Assembly (NCBI RefSeq): GCF_006345805.1
Contig: NC_043016.1
Coordinates: 25,854,001-25,918,000, forward strand
Direction: 5' to 3'
Length of the DNA: 64,000 nucleotides
Source: Octopus sinensis
Taxonomy: Eukaryota
Shown here: positions 47,851 to 60,087 of the stretch, piece by piece
How the letters are laid out: every line of letters begins with the position of its first letter
How positions within the stretch are numbered: the first letter of the stretch is position 1
The notes under the pieces: generated by a model
Told to the model about the DNA's origin: nothing
The model's database searches: none
Seen by the model: only the letters and a program-made list of their open reading frames with translations
Translations under genes and position numbers: made by a program

Positions 47851-48322
47851 AAAAGGTCAGAGATTTAACGGGTACAAGGAGGAATATACTTGTTGCATGG
47901 ATGGTAGTCAAACCAAGAAAGAAAGGTCGAGCCTGACTGAACATTGGTCACGTGGGGAGAGAAGAGAGATAGAGAGATAGAGGCAGAGGGATAGAAGAAT
48001 TAAGGAGAGGTGAGAGAAAAATGAAAGAGACACTGAAATGATAGAGGAGGGAATATGAGCATGAAGCGTAGGCCAGGAAATGTGAGAGAGGGGTAACGAA
48101 AGAACGAAGAGTGGAATGAACGAAGTGTGAAAGGGCTGATAGAAAGAAGGAAAGAATGAAAGAATACAAAAAATAATAGTCATACAAAATTTAGATATAT
48201 ATATATACTTACATATAAGAGACATGCGCCGCTATATTTTATATATAAAACATACAAGAATGGGACAAGAACACAAAATATTCAGACAGACGATACAAGG
48301 AAAACAAGGACGGGTCATGCAT

Positions 48323-48367
<45 letters not shown>

Positions 48368-48394
48368 CATGCATATATATGTACATATATATAT

Positions 48395-48628
48395 TCTTTT
48401 ATTCTTTTACTTGTTTCAATCATTTGACTGTGGCCATGCTGGAGCACCACTTTTAGTTGAGCAAATCCAACCCAGGACTTATTTTTTATAAGCCGAGTAC
48501 TTATTCTATCGGTCCCTTATGCCAAACTGCTAAGTTACGGGGATGTAAACACACCAGCATTGGTTGTCATGCGATGTTGGGGGGACAAACAGAGACACAC
48601 AAACATATACACACACATACATATATAT
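48395..48628 (-). mobile_element. SINE family A, 3' half
   Basis: Reverse complement of the tail up to the (CA/TA) linker. Confidence 0.88.
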
Positions 48629-49343
48629 GTGGTGAAGCACGACCTTCGAACTTTAGGTCTCACTGAGGAAATGACTAGAGACCGAGACCTCTGGAAGTGT
48701 GCTGTGCGCGAGAAGACCCGGCAGGACAAGTGAGTCCATAACCCGTGGCCTTCTACATGGGATGGAGCCAGCCTACGTATGCATACCTTCCCTTCTTGGG
48801 ACACAAAACTCTACTTGTGAAGACGTGATGAGGCAAGTGAGGATCAGAATCGAAATCGATCAATGGAAATTGCGGATGTGCTACCAGTGCCGGTGGCATG
48901 TCAAAACTCTGCTTGTGAAGACCCGTTGAGGCAAGTGACGATCAGAATCGAAATCGATCAATGGAAATCGATCAATGGAAATTGCAGATGTGTTACCAGT
49001 GCCGGTGGCATGTAAGAGAACTTTCCGTTTCGCGACCGTTGCCAGCACCGCTCCGTTTCGTGTCCGTTGCCAGCCTCGCCTGGCCCTCGTGCCGGTGGCA
49101 CATAAAAAGCACCATCCGTTCGTGGCCGTTTGCCAGCTCTGTCTGGCACCAGTGCGGGTGGCACGTAAAAAGCACCCACTACACTCACGGAGTGGTTGGC
49201 GTTAGGAAGGGCATCCAGCCGTAGAAACACTGCCAGATTTGACTGGGCCTGATGAAGCCTTCTGGCTTCACAGACCCCAGTAGAACCGTCCAACCCATGC
49301 TAGCATGGAAAACGGACGCTAAACGATGATGATGATGATGATG

Positions 49344-49345
<2 letters not shown>
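48629..49345 (+). mobile_element. 5'-truncated RTE LINE: ORF2 end, modular 3' UTR, (GAT)n tail
   Basis: VVKHDLRTLGLTEEMTRDRDLWKCAVREKTRQDK* then a UTR with tandem modules and ...cgctaaacgatgatgat. CpG-rich, so probably young. Confidence 0.9.
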
Positions 49346-49374
<29 letters not shown>

Positions 49375-49644
49375 TATATACATATAATATATACATACAC
49401 ACATACCTATAATTTTATTTAACAGTTATTTATAGCTTGTTTTACGGACCTACACATGTTTCAACAGCAGCGACTACACACTGTTTGATATAAAACTTAA
49501 TATCATGTGCAGTGCAGTTTCCTCGGGGTTCTTCTCCCTAGGCTGTTTACCTTATCATCAAAGACTTCTATTTTCCTTGAGCTTCAAACTAATATGCTGT
49601 TTGCAGTTCCTTCATCTGCCTTTACTTTTTGTATATTTTTTAAC

Positions 49645-49706
<62 letters not shown>

Positions 49707-49898
49707 TGTGTATGTGTGTGTATGGTTACTTCCAACTTTAATGCCATACCACTTGGAGAAATGAATGCACAAACAAAGGCCCACCTGATGTCCATAGATA
49801 TTACAGATCGAATTGTAATCATCCCGGAATGTCGACTAACGGGATTTGGGGAAACATGCATTGTGATACATTAAAATATTCATGAATTCTATCCATGG

Positions 49899-49959
<61 letters not shown>

Positions 49960-50125
49960 TTACTTTACATTATATCAGCACAGCTTGGTAAGATCCCATA
50001 AAACTGCTGTTGCAAGTTGGAATAACTAGGAATAATTAGGCCGTAGCTGATATAATAAAATACGATCTTTTACATGCATACTCAAAAACGTTTTCCGTAA
50101 ACAAACTTAAAGGATATGTAATAAT

Positions 50126-50156
<31 letters not shown>

Positions 50157-50394
50157 TTCTAATAAGTAAAATTTACATAGTAATTAAAACTTCTGAAAGT
50201 TGATTTATGTATATTTATATTCCTGCAGATATTCTATTTTATTGAACTTTATATACAAAATTGTTGTTGTTGGTGGTGTGGCGATGGCGGCGGCGGCAGC
50301 GGTGGTATTGATGATGGGGCATGATGTTGGAATTTTTTAAATCATAGACACATACACACACACACACACACACACAAAGAAGAAACTGAATGTA

Positions 50395-51470
50395 AAAGTC
50401 TATAATAAGGGAGAGCATTCTGTAGATATGTCAGATTTTGGGTGGTGCATCCTAGATCCTGTCATTTTTCTTGTTTTCCTGTCTATTTTGGTTAGTTCAT
50501 TTAGTGTCCTGTTAAAGATATTGTAGCTGTAACTTATATCTGGGACGGCTAAAGTGTTAATACCTATTATCTTGTTTTTAGCATTGAGCTCTGTTTTCAG
50601 TATTGATCTAAGTCATCTATAGTATTCTTTCTTTATTTTCTCTTTCATCTATGTGTGTTGTATCATATCTAGTTCATTGATTCCTTAATATTTGTATGTC
50701 TGACTTTGGTCTAATTCTCTTATTTCATTGGCTTTATCTAGTGTGATATTGCTACTCTTAACTAGTTTTCCTCTTTTCAAGGTTGCTTTGGTGCATTTTT
50801 CTAATCCAAATTTCATATCTATTTCTTTGGTAAATCCATATACTGTCTGTAGTGTTTATCATTTGTAGCTTATAGTTTTAGGTCATCCATATATAAGAGG
50901 TGGCTGATTGTTTTGCTGTATCATTTGTATCTGCATCCAGTTCTGTTTAGCATGTCAGATAAAGGTGTCAGTGTCAAGCAGAAAAGGAGTGGAGAGAGTG
51001 TGTCTCCCTGAATATTTCTCTTCTAATGGGGATGGCTTTGGTTTTCATGAGTTCCTCTTTTGTTTGGAGCTGTAGTACTGTCTGCCATTTATTCAGAGAG
51101 TGTCTCATGTATTTTATGATTATTGGTGCTACCTTGTTCATTGCTAATGTTTCGAGGATTCACGTGTGGGAAATACTATCAAAAGCCTTTTGGTAGCTGA
51201 TCCAGGCAATACTGAGGCCTTTCTGCTTTCTGTGGCTCTCTTCAGTTATGGCTTTATTGATCATTAGTTGGTCTTTACAGCCATATGAGCCCTTGCAGCA
51301 TCCCTTCTGCTCTTCTGGAAACAGGTTGTTTTCTTCCAGATGTTTGCTCAATCTCTGCAATATTATTGCAGTAAAGGCTTTGTAAATTGTAGTGAGATAG
51401 GTTATTGGTCTGTCGTTTTGTGGGTTTGCCGTTTCAGTGGATTTGGGAATTAGGATAGTTTTTCCTTTTT
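50395..51470 (-). pseudogene. R4/Dong-like LINE RT fragment
   Basis: GKTILIPKS..RPIT, EEQKGCCKGSYGCKDQLMINK, AWISYQKAFDSISH, QGDTLSPLLFC, HLLYMDDLK, RMHHPKSD. Confidence 0.88.
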
Positions 51471-51474
51471 GTTT

Positions 51475-51592
51475 ATTATCATTATTATTGTTGTTGTTGT
51501 TGTTGTTGTTGTTATTGTTGTTGCTACTGCTGTTGTTTTTATTATTATTATTATTATCATCATCATCATCATCATCATCATTCTTACTAATA

Positions 51593-51639
<47 letters not shown>

Positions 51640-52202
51640 GTTATTGTTGTTGCTGTGTTGTTATTATTCTTATTCTTATTATTATTACCTCTGCCTTAGA
51701 AAACTTGATGGTATTGTTTTTCAGTCGTGTTTGTTTGTTTCCTTGTGGACATGATATCTCAAGAACTGCTGGATGGATTTTGATGAAACTTTCAGGGATG
51801 CTTGGCCTCATGACTGGCACAAACTGGTTAGATGTTGGGGTCAAACTAGTACCAGACAAGGATTCTGGATTATTTTTCCTGTTTTTTTACTTAATTTTTG
51901 AGAGTGGTTGAGTTCATTTTTAGTATTCTCGGTTGTGAGAGGAGTCAGATTTATTTCAGATATTCGCATTTTAAAAATCATTTCTAGCTATTCGTTGAGG
52001 GTACGTTGGTATAGCCTTGGTGGAGGATTACACTCTCTGAGTGCTCTTGTTGTTGTTATTATTATCACTATTATTATTATTATTATTATTATTAATATTA
52101 TTATTATTATTATTATCATCATCATTATTATTATTATTATTATTATCATCATTATTATTATTATCATTATAATAATAATAATCATCATCATCATCATCAT
52201 CA

Positions 52203-52240
<38 letters not shown>

Positions 52241-52255
52241 TATATAATATTATTG
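51475..52255. repeat. (ATT/GTT/CAT)n microsatellite block
   Basis: Seen directly; interrupted by the element at 51684-52048. Confidence 0.92.
51684..52048 (+). mobile_element. Helentron-associated non-autonomous element (HINE/DINE-1-like)
   Basis: ttacctctgcc start, ggtggagg subterminal inverted repeat, 3' hairpin cactctctgagtg, and internal ggatggattttgatgaaactttcagg motif typical of HINEs. Confidence 0.75.
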
Positions 52256-52549
52256 GCTAATGACAGCTGATTAAAGTTGTCACCAAATGAGAAGCAAATT
52301 TAGTAATCATCAGACATTAGAGATTATTGCTAAATTTGTCCATCCATTTCTAGCATTTCTAGAATTAAACTATTTGGTAACAACATTAATTGGCTGTCAT
52401 AAGACTATTATATTATATAAATATTAATAATAATATACCCATTCTCTTACCAAATATATGTGTACCTGAGTTTTTCTGCCTCATTGGAAGTTTATTAGAT
52501 AATTATATATCTATGTATGTATGTGTGTGTGTGTGGGGGGGTGTATAAA

Positions 52550-52716
52550 TATAAACAGGTGTAGTCATAGCTGTATGAAAAGTTTGCTTCTGAGACACAT
52601 GATTTTGGGTTCAGTTCCATTGTGTGACACCTTCAACAAGTGTCTTCTACCATAGTTCTGTACTGACCAAAGCCTTGTGAGATATTTGGTGGAGAGAAAT
52701 TGAAAGAAACTTGCCA
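52550..52716 (+). mobile_element. SINE family A head
   Basis: gggttcagttccattgtgtgacaccttcaacaagtgtcttctacc. Confidence 0.75.
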
Positions 52717-52730
52717 TATACATACATACA

Positions 52731-53117
52731 TGGATGGAAGCACTCCGTCGGTTACGACGACAAGGGTTCCGGTTGATCCGATCAACGGAACAGCCTGCTC
52801 GTGAAATTAATGTGTAAGTGGCTGAGCACTCCACAGACACGTGAACCCTTAACGTAGTTCTCGGGGATATTCAGCATGACTCTGAGAGTGACAAGGCCGG
52901 CCCTTTGAAATACAGGTACAACAGAAACAGGAAGTAAGAGTGAGAGAAAGTTGTGGTGAAAGAGTACAGCAGGGATCACCACCATCCCTGCCGGAGCCTC
53001 GTGGAGCTTTAGGTATTTTTGCTCAATAAACACTCACAACGCCTGGTCTGGGAATCAAAACCGCGATCCTACGACCACGAGTCCGCTGCCCTAACCACTG
53101 GGCCATTGCGCCTCCAC
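52731..53117 (-). mobile_element. SINE family C variant (tail type 1, different centre), 14-bp TSD
   Basis: Tail shared with 30692-31012 from gttgtacctgtatttcaaaggg onward; tatacatacataca at 52717-52730 and 53118-53131. Confidence 0.88.
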
Positions 53118-53132
53118 TATACATACATACAC

Positions 53133-53197
<65 letters not shown>

Positions 53198-53210
53198 ACA
53201 TATATATTAA

Positions 53211-53437
53211 GGCGGCGAGCTGGCAGAAACGTTAGCACGTCGGGCGAAATGCGTAGCCGTATTCGTCTGCCGTTACGTTCTGGGTTCAAATTCCGCCAAG
53301 GTCGACTTTGCCTTTCATCCTTTCGGGGTCGATAAATTAAGTACCAGTTACGCACTGGGGTCAATGTAATCGACTTAATCCGTCTGTCTGTCCTTGTTTG
53401 TCCCCTCTGTGTTTAGCCCCTTGTGGGTAGTAAAGAA

Positions 53438-53440
<3 letters not shown>
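53211..53440 (+). mobile_element. SINE family B, young full-length copy in (TA)n
   Basis: ggcggcgagctggcagaaacgttagc...gggttcaaattcc...ctttgcctttcatcctttcggggtcgataaattaagtacc...gtagtaaagaaata. Confidence 0.93.
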
Positions 53441-53469
<29 letters not shown>

Positions 53470-55179
53470 ATATATATATATATATATATTCAGCAATATC
53501 AGTACCAAGCAGTGCTTAGGCATAATCGAAATTTAGGATAGTTAAAACAGTTCAACTTCTAAAAGCAAATTCAATGTTGTTATCAAGGAGAAAAAATTCT
53601 CTCATATGGTAAAAGGTGCAAAAGCATCATATCTGCTCAGTTGTCCCTTGCTGGATTCCTAGTCACAGTGTTTCTAGCTTTTTGGCCATTATCTAGTTGA
53701 AATACTGAGGAGAGGTAACTCCAGGTAGATTTAAAACTAGTTTTAACTAAAACACAGTCAACAACATTGACTGAGTTGCACTGTTAGACCTCCAGGTCAA
53801 CACTTTTTACCATAAGAGAGAATTTTTTTTCTCCATGGTAACTGCAGCGAATTTGACTTTAGAAGTTGAAATATGTTACAAAAATATTTTTGACTATGTG
53901 TGTCCCCATGCATGTGTGTGTGTGTGTGTGTGTGTGTGATGAATGGTCTCCTTTCTTGACATCATGTAATAATTGTAAACAAGTATCACTTTCATGTAGG
54001 TGTACCCTTTGTTTCCAGTCTTCCATGGAAACTTGTATGGTCTTGGGAAATGACTTGGAGACAAGAAGGGCATCCAACCATAGAAGATCTGCCTCAATAA
54101 ATTTCATGGAAAATTAGACATTAAAACAATGATGTGGATGATGGTGTATTCTAAAGAAATGCATATATTATATATGTATATCTATGTAAATGTGTATACA
54201 TACACTCATGCTTCTGTGTATCCATGCTTATATTTGTTAAGTCAATAATAAAAGTAACAATCCAATTAATTCTTTGAAAATATTTTATTTATTTACATTA
54301 TTTCAATTTAAATTATATTCCTTGTCCTATTTATTTCTGAAACAAAAAAAAATTGTTATTTATTCAGAAACAAAATTCTTTCCTTTACCCAAGACAATTC
54401 ATTACAGCAAATTCCAGAGATTAATGGAACATTAGTATCATGACCTGTTTACTTAGCACCAGCAGTTCATTTACCATTCTCTCCAAGTGTTTTCTAGAAT
54501 GTCTGCATATAATGTTGAAAGCCTAAAGGATACATTTAATCAACATTGAATCACTATGGATTGGTTACCTTGTATATCTATGACATAGTTTTCATAGCTA
54601 AATTGGTGATCAATCAAAAAACTAGGGAAGAAATCCCAAATGTGAAAGCAAAGATTAGAAAAACTGGGAGGAAATTTTGCAGCAGAAAAAAAATGTTTTA
54701 GTTAGCAGAGAAGAATAACAGGTTTCTAATTCCATTTGGAAGGGGGTCTTGTTGTATATGCAGAAAAAGAAGAATTTTGCACCAGAATATCTAAGCACAA
54801 TATGGCTTGTGTGGTTAAGAACATTACTTTTCTATTGTGAGATTTATGGTTCCCTCTACATGGCACTATACACCTTGTACTTTAGTCCCAGGCTAGCCAA
54901 CACCTTGTGAGTGGATTTGGTAAACAGAAATCATACTAAGCCCATCATGTGTGTGTGTGTGTGTGAGTGAATGTTGATATTTTACTTGTCATTGCTTGAA
55001 TGAATCAATGCTGATGGTGGTATTTCTCATTGCTCTATGCCTTAAAAAACTTTAAAAGAAAAGCAGGCAAGGATTAGCAAAAGGTGGGGTATCCACCAGT
55101 AAATACATACCTGAAAATCAATTCATGTCCAAGTTGTACTGGCATGGATAAAACATTAAATGAATAACATAGCAAATGT

Positions 55180-55760
55180 AATCAGTAGGAGTATAAGGAG
55201 ATTCCATAAGATAACAAGCAGGCTAAAAGAGAAGAAAGTTTTTCTAAATGACAAGTATTCAGGAATAGTTAACAGGAAGAGCACTCATGGAACAAATTAT
55301 TTCAAATACTCAGATTTCCTAGAAGTAGTTGATAGTTTTTGTTACCAAGGTGACCTAATTAACAGTGGCTGTGGGTATTCTGAAACTAAAATAGCCAGAA
55401 TAAGAATAAGATGGAAAAAAAGTTCAGAGAGCTATTATTTTTCCAGGCTATAAAATGATTGTTTCTCTCAATGAAGGGCAAATTGTATGATGTCTATGTG
55501 TGAAATATAATGATACCTTAGAGCAAAATATGGATATTAAGAATGGAAGATGTGTAAAGGCAAGAAAGAAAGAGGCTCATATGATCTTCTTGATGTATAA
55601 TGTTAGTGTGCATGAGCAACAGAATACAAATGAGATGTGAGATAAACTTGATACATGAAGGATCATATATAGTGTGTAAGAGAGGACATAGTGTGAGCAC
55701 AGCCAGATGATGTATATAGAGGATAATGGTTGAGTATTGCACAACTGGAGTATTATAGCG
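55180..55760 (+). mobile_element. Decayed RTE LINE ORF2 fragment
   Basis: LEVVDSFCYQGDLINSG...IARIRIRWKK, then KGKLYD. Confidence 0.75.
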
Positions 55761-56459
55761 TGATCACCCTAAAGGAGATATTTTCCAGTTTGATAAAATA
55801 AACTTGTTTCGATGAATATATCCAGGGAAAATTTCAGATCTGGAATATCTGTGGTGGTTCTTTGATTTTAGCTGGATGTGTATTCTTTCTGTCACCTGGA
55901 ATTTACATTTCTTTGATACATTCACATGTGGCTTTGATCTTTCCTGATGGTGTAAGTAGTGTTGCTTTCAATTTCCAGATGTGGTTCACAAATTTTGTGT
56001 TATTTCATTTGTCAGTGTGCCTGAATGATGGATTGCAATTATAAAAAAAAAACTTTTTCTTAAAGTCACACTTACAGCAAACTAGAAAATATCTCCTTCA
56101 ATGAGATGACTACAATAAAATCTTCCAAGCCAGTGTTTCCATTTGCACAGTAAATTTGTGCATAGAACCTATACACTTGCAAAACATTTACTTCTGTTAT
56201 TGACATATCAGAAATCTATTAGCATATTGTCAAATCACTGCAATTAGACACCAGATACTTACAGATCCTTGCCCAAACAATATGTGCATTAATCATAAGC
56301 ACTTAAATAATTTTGACACAATACATCTACAAGATGCTTCTCTTTCATCACTCCTTCTCCTATAACTCATTACCAACGTCCATATTTCCAAATTTCTTAC
56401 CATCTCACTGCTATCCATTATTCTTGCATACTAATATTACACAGCCAGAGGAGAATGTT

Positions 56460-56870
56460 TGCCTCATTTCTTTCTAGCTTTTGCAAAGACTCTGCATGAA
56501 ACGCTCATATCTTAGTATTATACTTCATACACAAGCATCATATAATCTGCTCCTCACTCTGAGAGAAAACTCTTTGTTACCTGCAGAAATCAAAATTCTC
56601 TGAACTTTTCTATTCCATTCATACAGTGGCTGTTATATTTTTGGTACATTCACCTCTTCAGCTAATTACAACACCTAGATAACGACAACTAGCAGCTACT
56701 TCTAGTGAACCTTCCAGGCATTTGAAGGAGTTTATTTCATATGTATTCTTACAACTAAACACTCCTGCACACCAGCTACATAAAAAGACTAGCTTCTCTA
56801 TCAGCCTGCCTGTGATCTGATCCTGATTACACTTCTTGTGAATCCATAGCTTATAATGAGTACATCATAT
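56460..56870 (-). mobile_element. Decayed RTE LINE ORF2 fragment
   Basis: Minus strand LEVAASCRYLGVVIS...KFRE...FSLRVRSRLYDACV. Confidence 0.65.
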
Positions 56871-57469
56871 GGAATACCTAGCTAATTCTTTTCTGTTTGG
56901 GCTTTACTGAGATGACAGAGGCTTTTCAGTTCTAGGTTTCACTTACAATTTTGGATTTTCCACTTTGACAGATTCAACTAGCCCACAAGAAATTCCCACA
57001 GATAGCTAGCCCGAAACTCCTTTTTCATAACCTGGAGGGCAATAATAAACAAGAGACAGTTTAGAATAGTCTTGATGTGTACTGATTTGGTTCATTGTCC
57101 CTGTTCATTTACCACTCAGTAAAATAGTTGGTGAATGAATGGAAGACAACACAGGGAGAGCAGACTCTTTAACCTTGCTGAAAGCAAGACAACTTGTATA
57201 GTACTGATGTAATGATAAAATGCAGTCTGTTTATTTGTAAAATATTTGCTGATAGGAAGGGTAAGCAGCCTTAGAGTTTATGCCAAAAGTAGAGTATGTG
57301 AGTAAGTGGGGGTCCTCCAGCTCACCAAGTAAGTCAGAAACTCCAATGCTCAAACTTTCTTTGAAGTGTCTGTTGGGTTTAGCACTGCCAAACCTTTCAA
57401 AGATACTTTTATGATTTGTTTAATTTCTTATGAAACTTAATTTATGAAAGAGGAAGAAAAAGATTAACA

Positions 57470-57672
57470 ATGTAGCTGTGTGATAAGAAGCTTGTTTCCT
57501 AGTCACATCGTTTTGGGTTCAGTCCCACTGTGTAGCGCATTAGACAAGTGTCTTCTACTTTACCTTCAAGCTGACCAAGGCCTTGTGAGTGGATTTGGTA
57601 GACAGAAACTGAAAAGAAACCCATCATATGTGTGTGTCTTTGTGTATGCGTTTGTCCCCACCACTACTTGAC
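57470..57672 (+). mobile_element. SINE family A, 5' half
   Basis: gctgtgtgataagaagcttg...gggttcagtcccactgtg...gtggatttggtagacagaaactgaaa. Confidence 0.82.
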
Positions 57673-58400
57673 AACTCAGGACATCCAGACCAAGTGACTT
57701 TATTTCTCTCTTGCAGACATCCTTGAAACAAAGATGAGGTTGCTGTCTTGCTCTTGAGTTGGTGGCCAATTCCCCATACAGGTGGTATTTTGGGATCTTC
57801 TCATCCACTGCATGACATACATGACCGAGCCAGTGCAGATAGCACTGCTGGAACAGGGTGAGTATACTGGGTATCTTGGCGCAGCTGAGGACATCAGTAT
57901 TGGTGATGTGGTTGGTCTATTTGATATCCAAGATGCATCTCTAATTATGAAGGAAAAAACGTTGAGAAGCTGCTCCTGTCTAGAGTACAGGCTCTGCATC
58001 TCACTGCCATAAAGTATTGTATTAAGGATGCACACCTTATAGACAGCAATATTGGTGTTTGCATCCAGTTTTCTATTTCCCCAGACTCTCTTTGTGAGCC
58101 TGGTAAATGTGGAGGATGCTTGTCAAATTCACCTGTTGATTTCAGTGTCCAGGGAGAGGTCATCAGCAATGGTAGAGTTAAGATAGGTGAATTCATGGAC
58201 TACCTCCAGGTTGATGGTGATGATGGTGGTAGTGTGCTTGGTATCTTGGCCCAGTATTTTGGTCTTCTTCAGACTGAATTCCTGACAGGCCTTTGAGAGT
58301 TTGTCCACAAGGTGCTGCATTTGCTCCTCAGAGTGCACTGTCATGCTACATCATCTATGAACAGCATTTCTCTGACAAATACCTGGCGCACCCTGGTTAC
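57673..58400 (-). mobile_element. RTE-BovB-like LINE ORF2 3' fragment
   Basis: MQHLVDKLSKACQEFSLKKTKILGQ, LEVVHEFTYL, LNTILYGSE, IPKYHLYGELAT, FKDVCKR. Confidence 0.85.
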
Positions 58401-58418
58401 AACTATGTGTAGCTATCT

Positions 58419-58623
58419 GTTTCTTTATTGCCCAAAACAAAGACAGACAAAGGGATTAAGTCGATTACATCGACCCCAGTGCGAAACTGGCACTTTATTT
58501 ATCGACCCCGAAAGGATGAAAGGCAAAGTCGACCTCGGCAGAATTTGAACTCAGAACGTAACGACAGACAAAATACCACTAAGCATTTCGCCCGGCGTGC
58601 TAACATGTCTGCCAGCTCGCCAC
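58419..58623 (-). mobile_element. SINE family B with 16-bp TSD
   Basis: ctatgtgtagctatct at 58403-58418 and 58624-58639. Confidence 0.92.
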
Positions 58624-58669
58624 CTATGTGTAGCTATCTACCAGTTACAACTGTGTGTAGATATCCAAC

Positions 58670-58870
58670 TGTTGTTTGATACAGGCAACATTTTGCAGAA
58701 TACATGAGGGCATCAAAAAAGCCATTGACCTAACCCAGAGCAAGATAGCTCCACTCAAATCCAGAACAGGGGAAGTCATCAAGAACAAAAGAGAGCAGCT
58801 GGAGATATGGGTGGAACATTATTCTGAACTCTATACCAAGGAAAACACTCCCTCCATCAAATCGATGTTG
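58670..58870 (+). mobile_element. RTE-BovB-like ORF2 upstream fragment, inverted relative to 57673-58400
   Basis: IHEGIKKAI...APLKSRTGEVIKNKREQLEIWVEHYSELYTKEN. Confidence 0.75.
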
Positions 58871-59035
58871 TCTGAACAGGTGCGCTGTGTGCCATGCATC
58901 AGGTATCAAAGTAATCACAGAGCAATGTGAAATGATGTGTTTAGCTCAAAAACACACACACCACCCAATCTAGAAACTGAACTCACAATTGCTAGATCAT
59001 GAGTGCAACACTGTAACCACTAGGCCATGTGCCCT

Positions 59036-59305
59036 AAATTATTATATAGCCATCTATATATCATAGTTAATGTATATACACTGTTCATAGGCCAATTACT
59101 GCAGTTTTCTTCAAAGATAAAATCTCTTATAGATGTGCTCTGTTTAAAAACACAATGTGCATTGGAAGGGAAATAATATGTGTGTGTGTGTGTGTATTTG
59201 GAAGGAGACAATAAGAAATTTTATCTTCAAAGAAAACTGCAGTAACTGGCCTATGAACATTGTATATACATTAACTATGATATATAGATAGCCTTATAAT
59301 AATTT
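59036..59305. repeat. Inverted repeat, ~95-bp arms around an ~80-bp spacer
   Basis: aaattattata..gc.atctatatatcatagttaatgtatatac..tgttcataggcca.ttactgcagttttct...aagataaaat at 59036-59130, reverse-complemented at 59211-59305. Confidence 0.92.
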
Positions 59306-60087
59306 TAATGTAGGACTTTTATGAAACATGGAATGTATTTGAATTTGAAGGGCTCCCTGAAAGTAAAAACTGCTTCAATACAAACAAATTACATATAAAA
59401 AAAGAAGCTCCAGGAAGAATTTTCTACCTTCTCTCATTGTATATGAATCTGTTTATGAGACATTGGTAAACCAATAAAGTTAAGCAACAAAATCATGACT
59501 TTTTGTATTATTTATAGTTATAATTATTTAGTCCGAGAGCAATTAAATACATGAACTGAGAGAGTAACTGAATAAAAAAAAAAAACGTTTTACAAAAGTG
59601 TACAGGTTCGTCAATTTATATTCTGAGTACAATCTGTGCCCTGGTCAGTTTTGCTTTTTCACAATTGTAGTTGCTGTTATTGTTGTTTAGTTCCAGGTAA
59701 ACTCCAACTGTGCAAACCTATGATCAAAAGCAAGCCAGCCATATAACCAGCCCATATTTGTAGGGGCATATAGGACTAGATAATCTAGTGCTTTTCCTTG
59801 TTTAAAAAAAGGTCATGTATGATTTAAGGCAGATTTGGCAGTTATTTTTTTAACAGGTCAGCAGAATTAAATGTACCATTCCCGTATAAGATCTTGTTTC
59901 TATGAGAAATTAGTATTTACTCCAGTTAAGTGAGTCTGAGACTGCATCCATTGCAGTCCTTCTCTGACAAATGATGTTCAATTTGAAACATAAAATCCTA
60001 TTTCATATTCTAAAACTTGTAGCTAATGGAAGAAAACACACTTCATTTGCAAAGGGTTTGAAAAATGAAATTAATCATCCATTTTAA

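Noticed and set aside
48770-49200. CRISPR-like appearance of repeated motifs with spacers
   Set aside because: Animal LINE 3' UTR context; repeats are degenerate, spacer lengths are irregular and partly related, and there are no cas genes.
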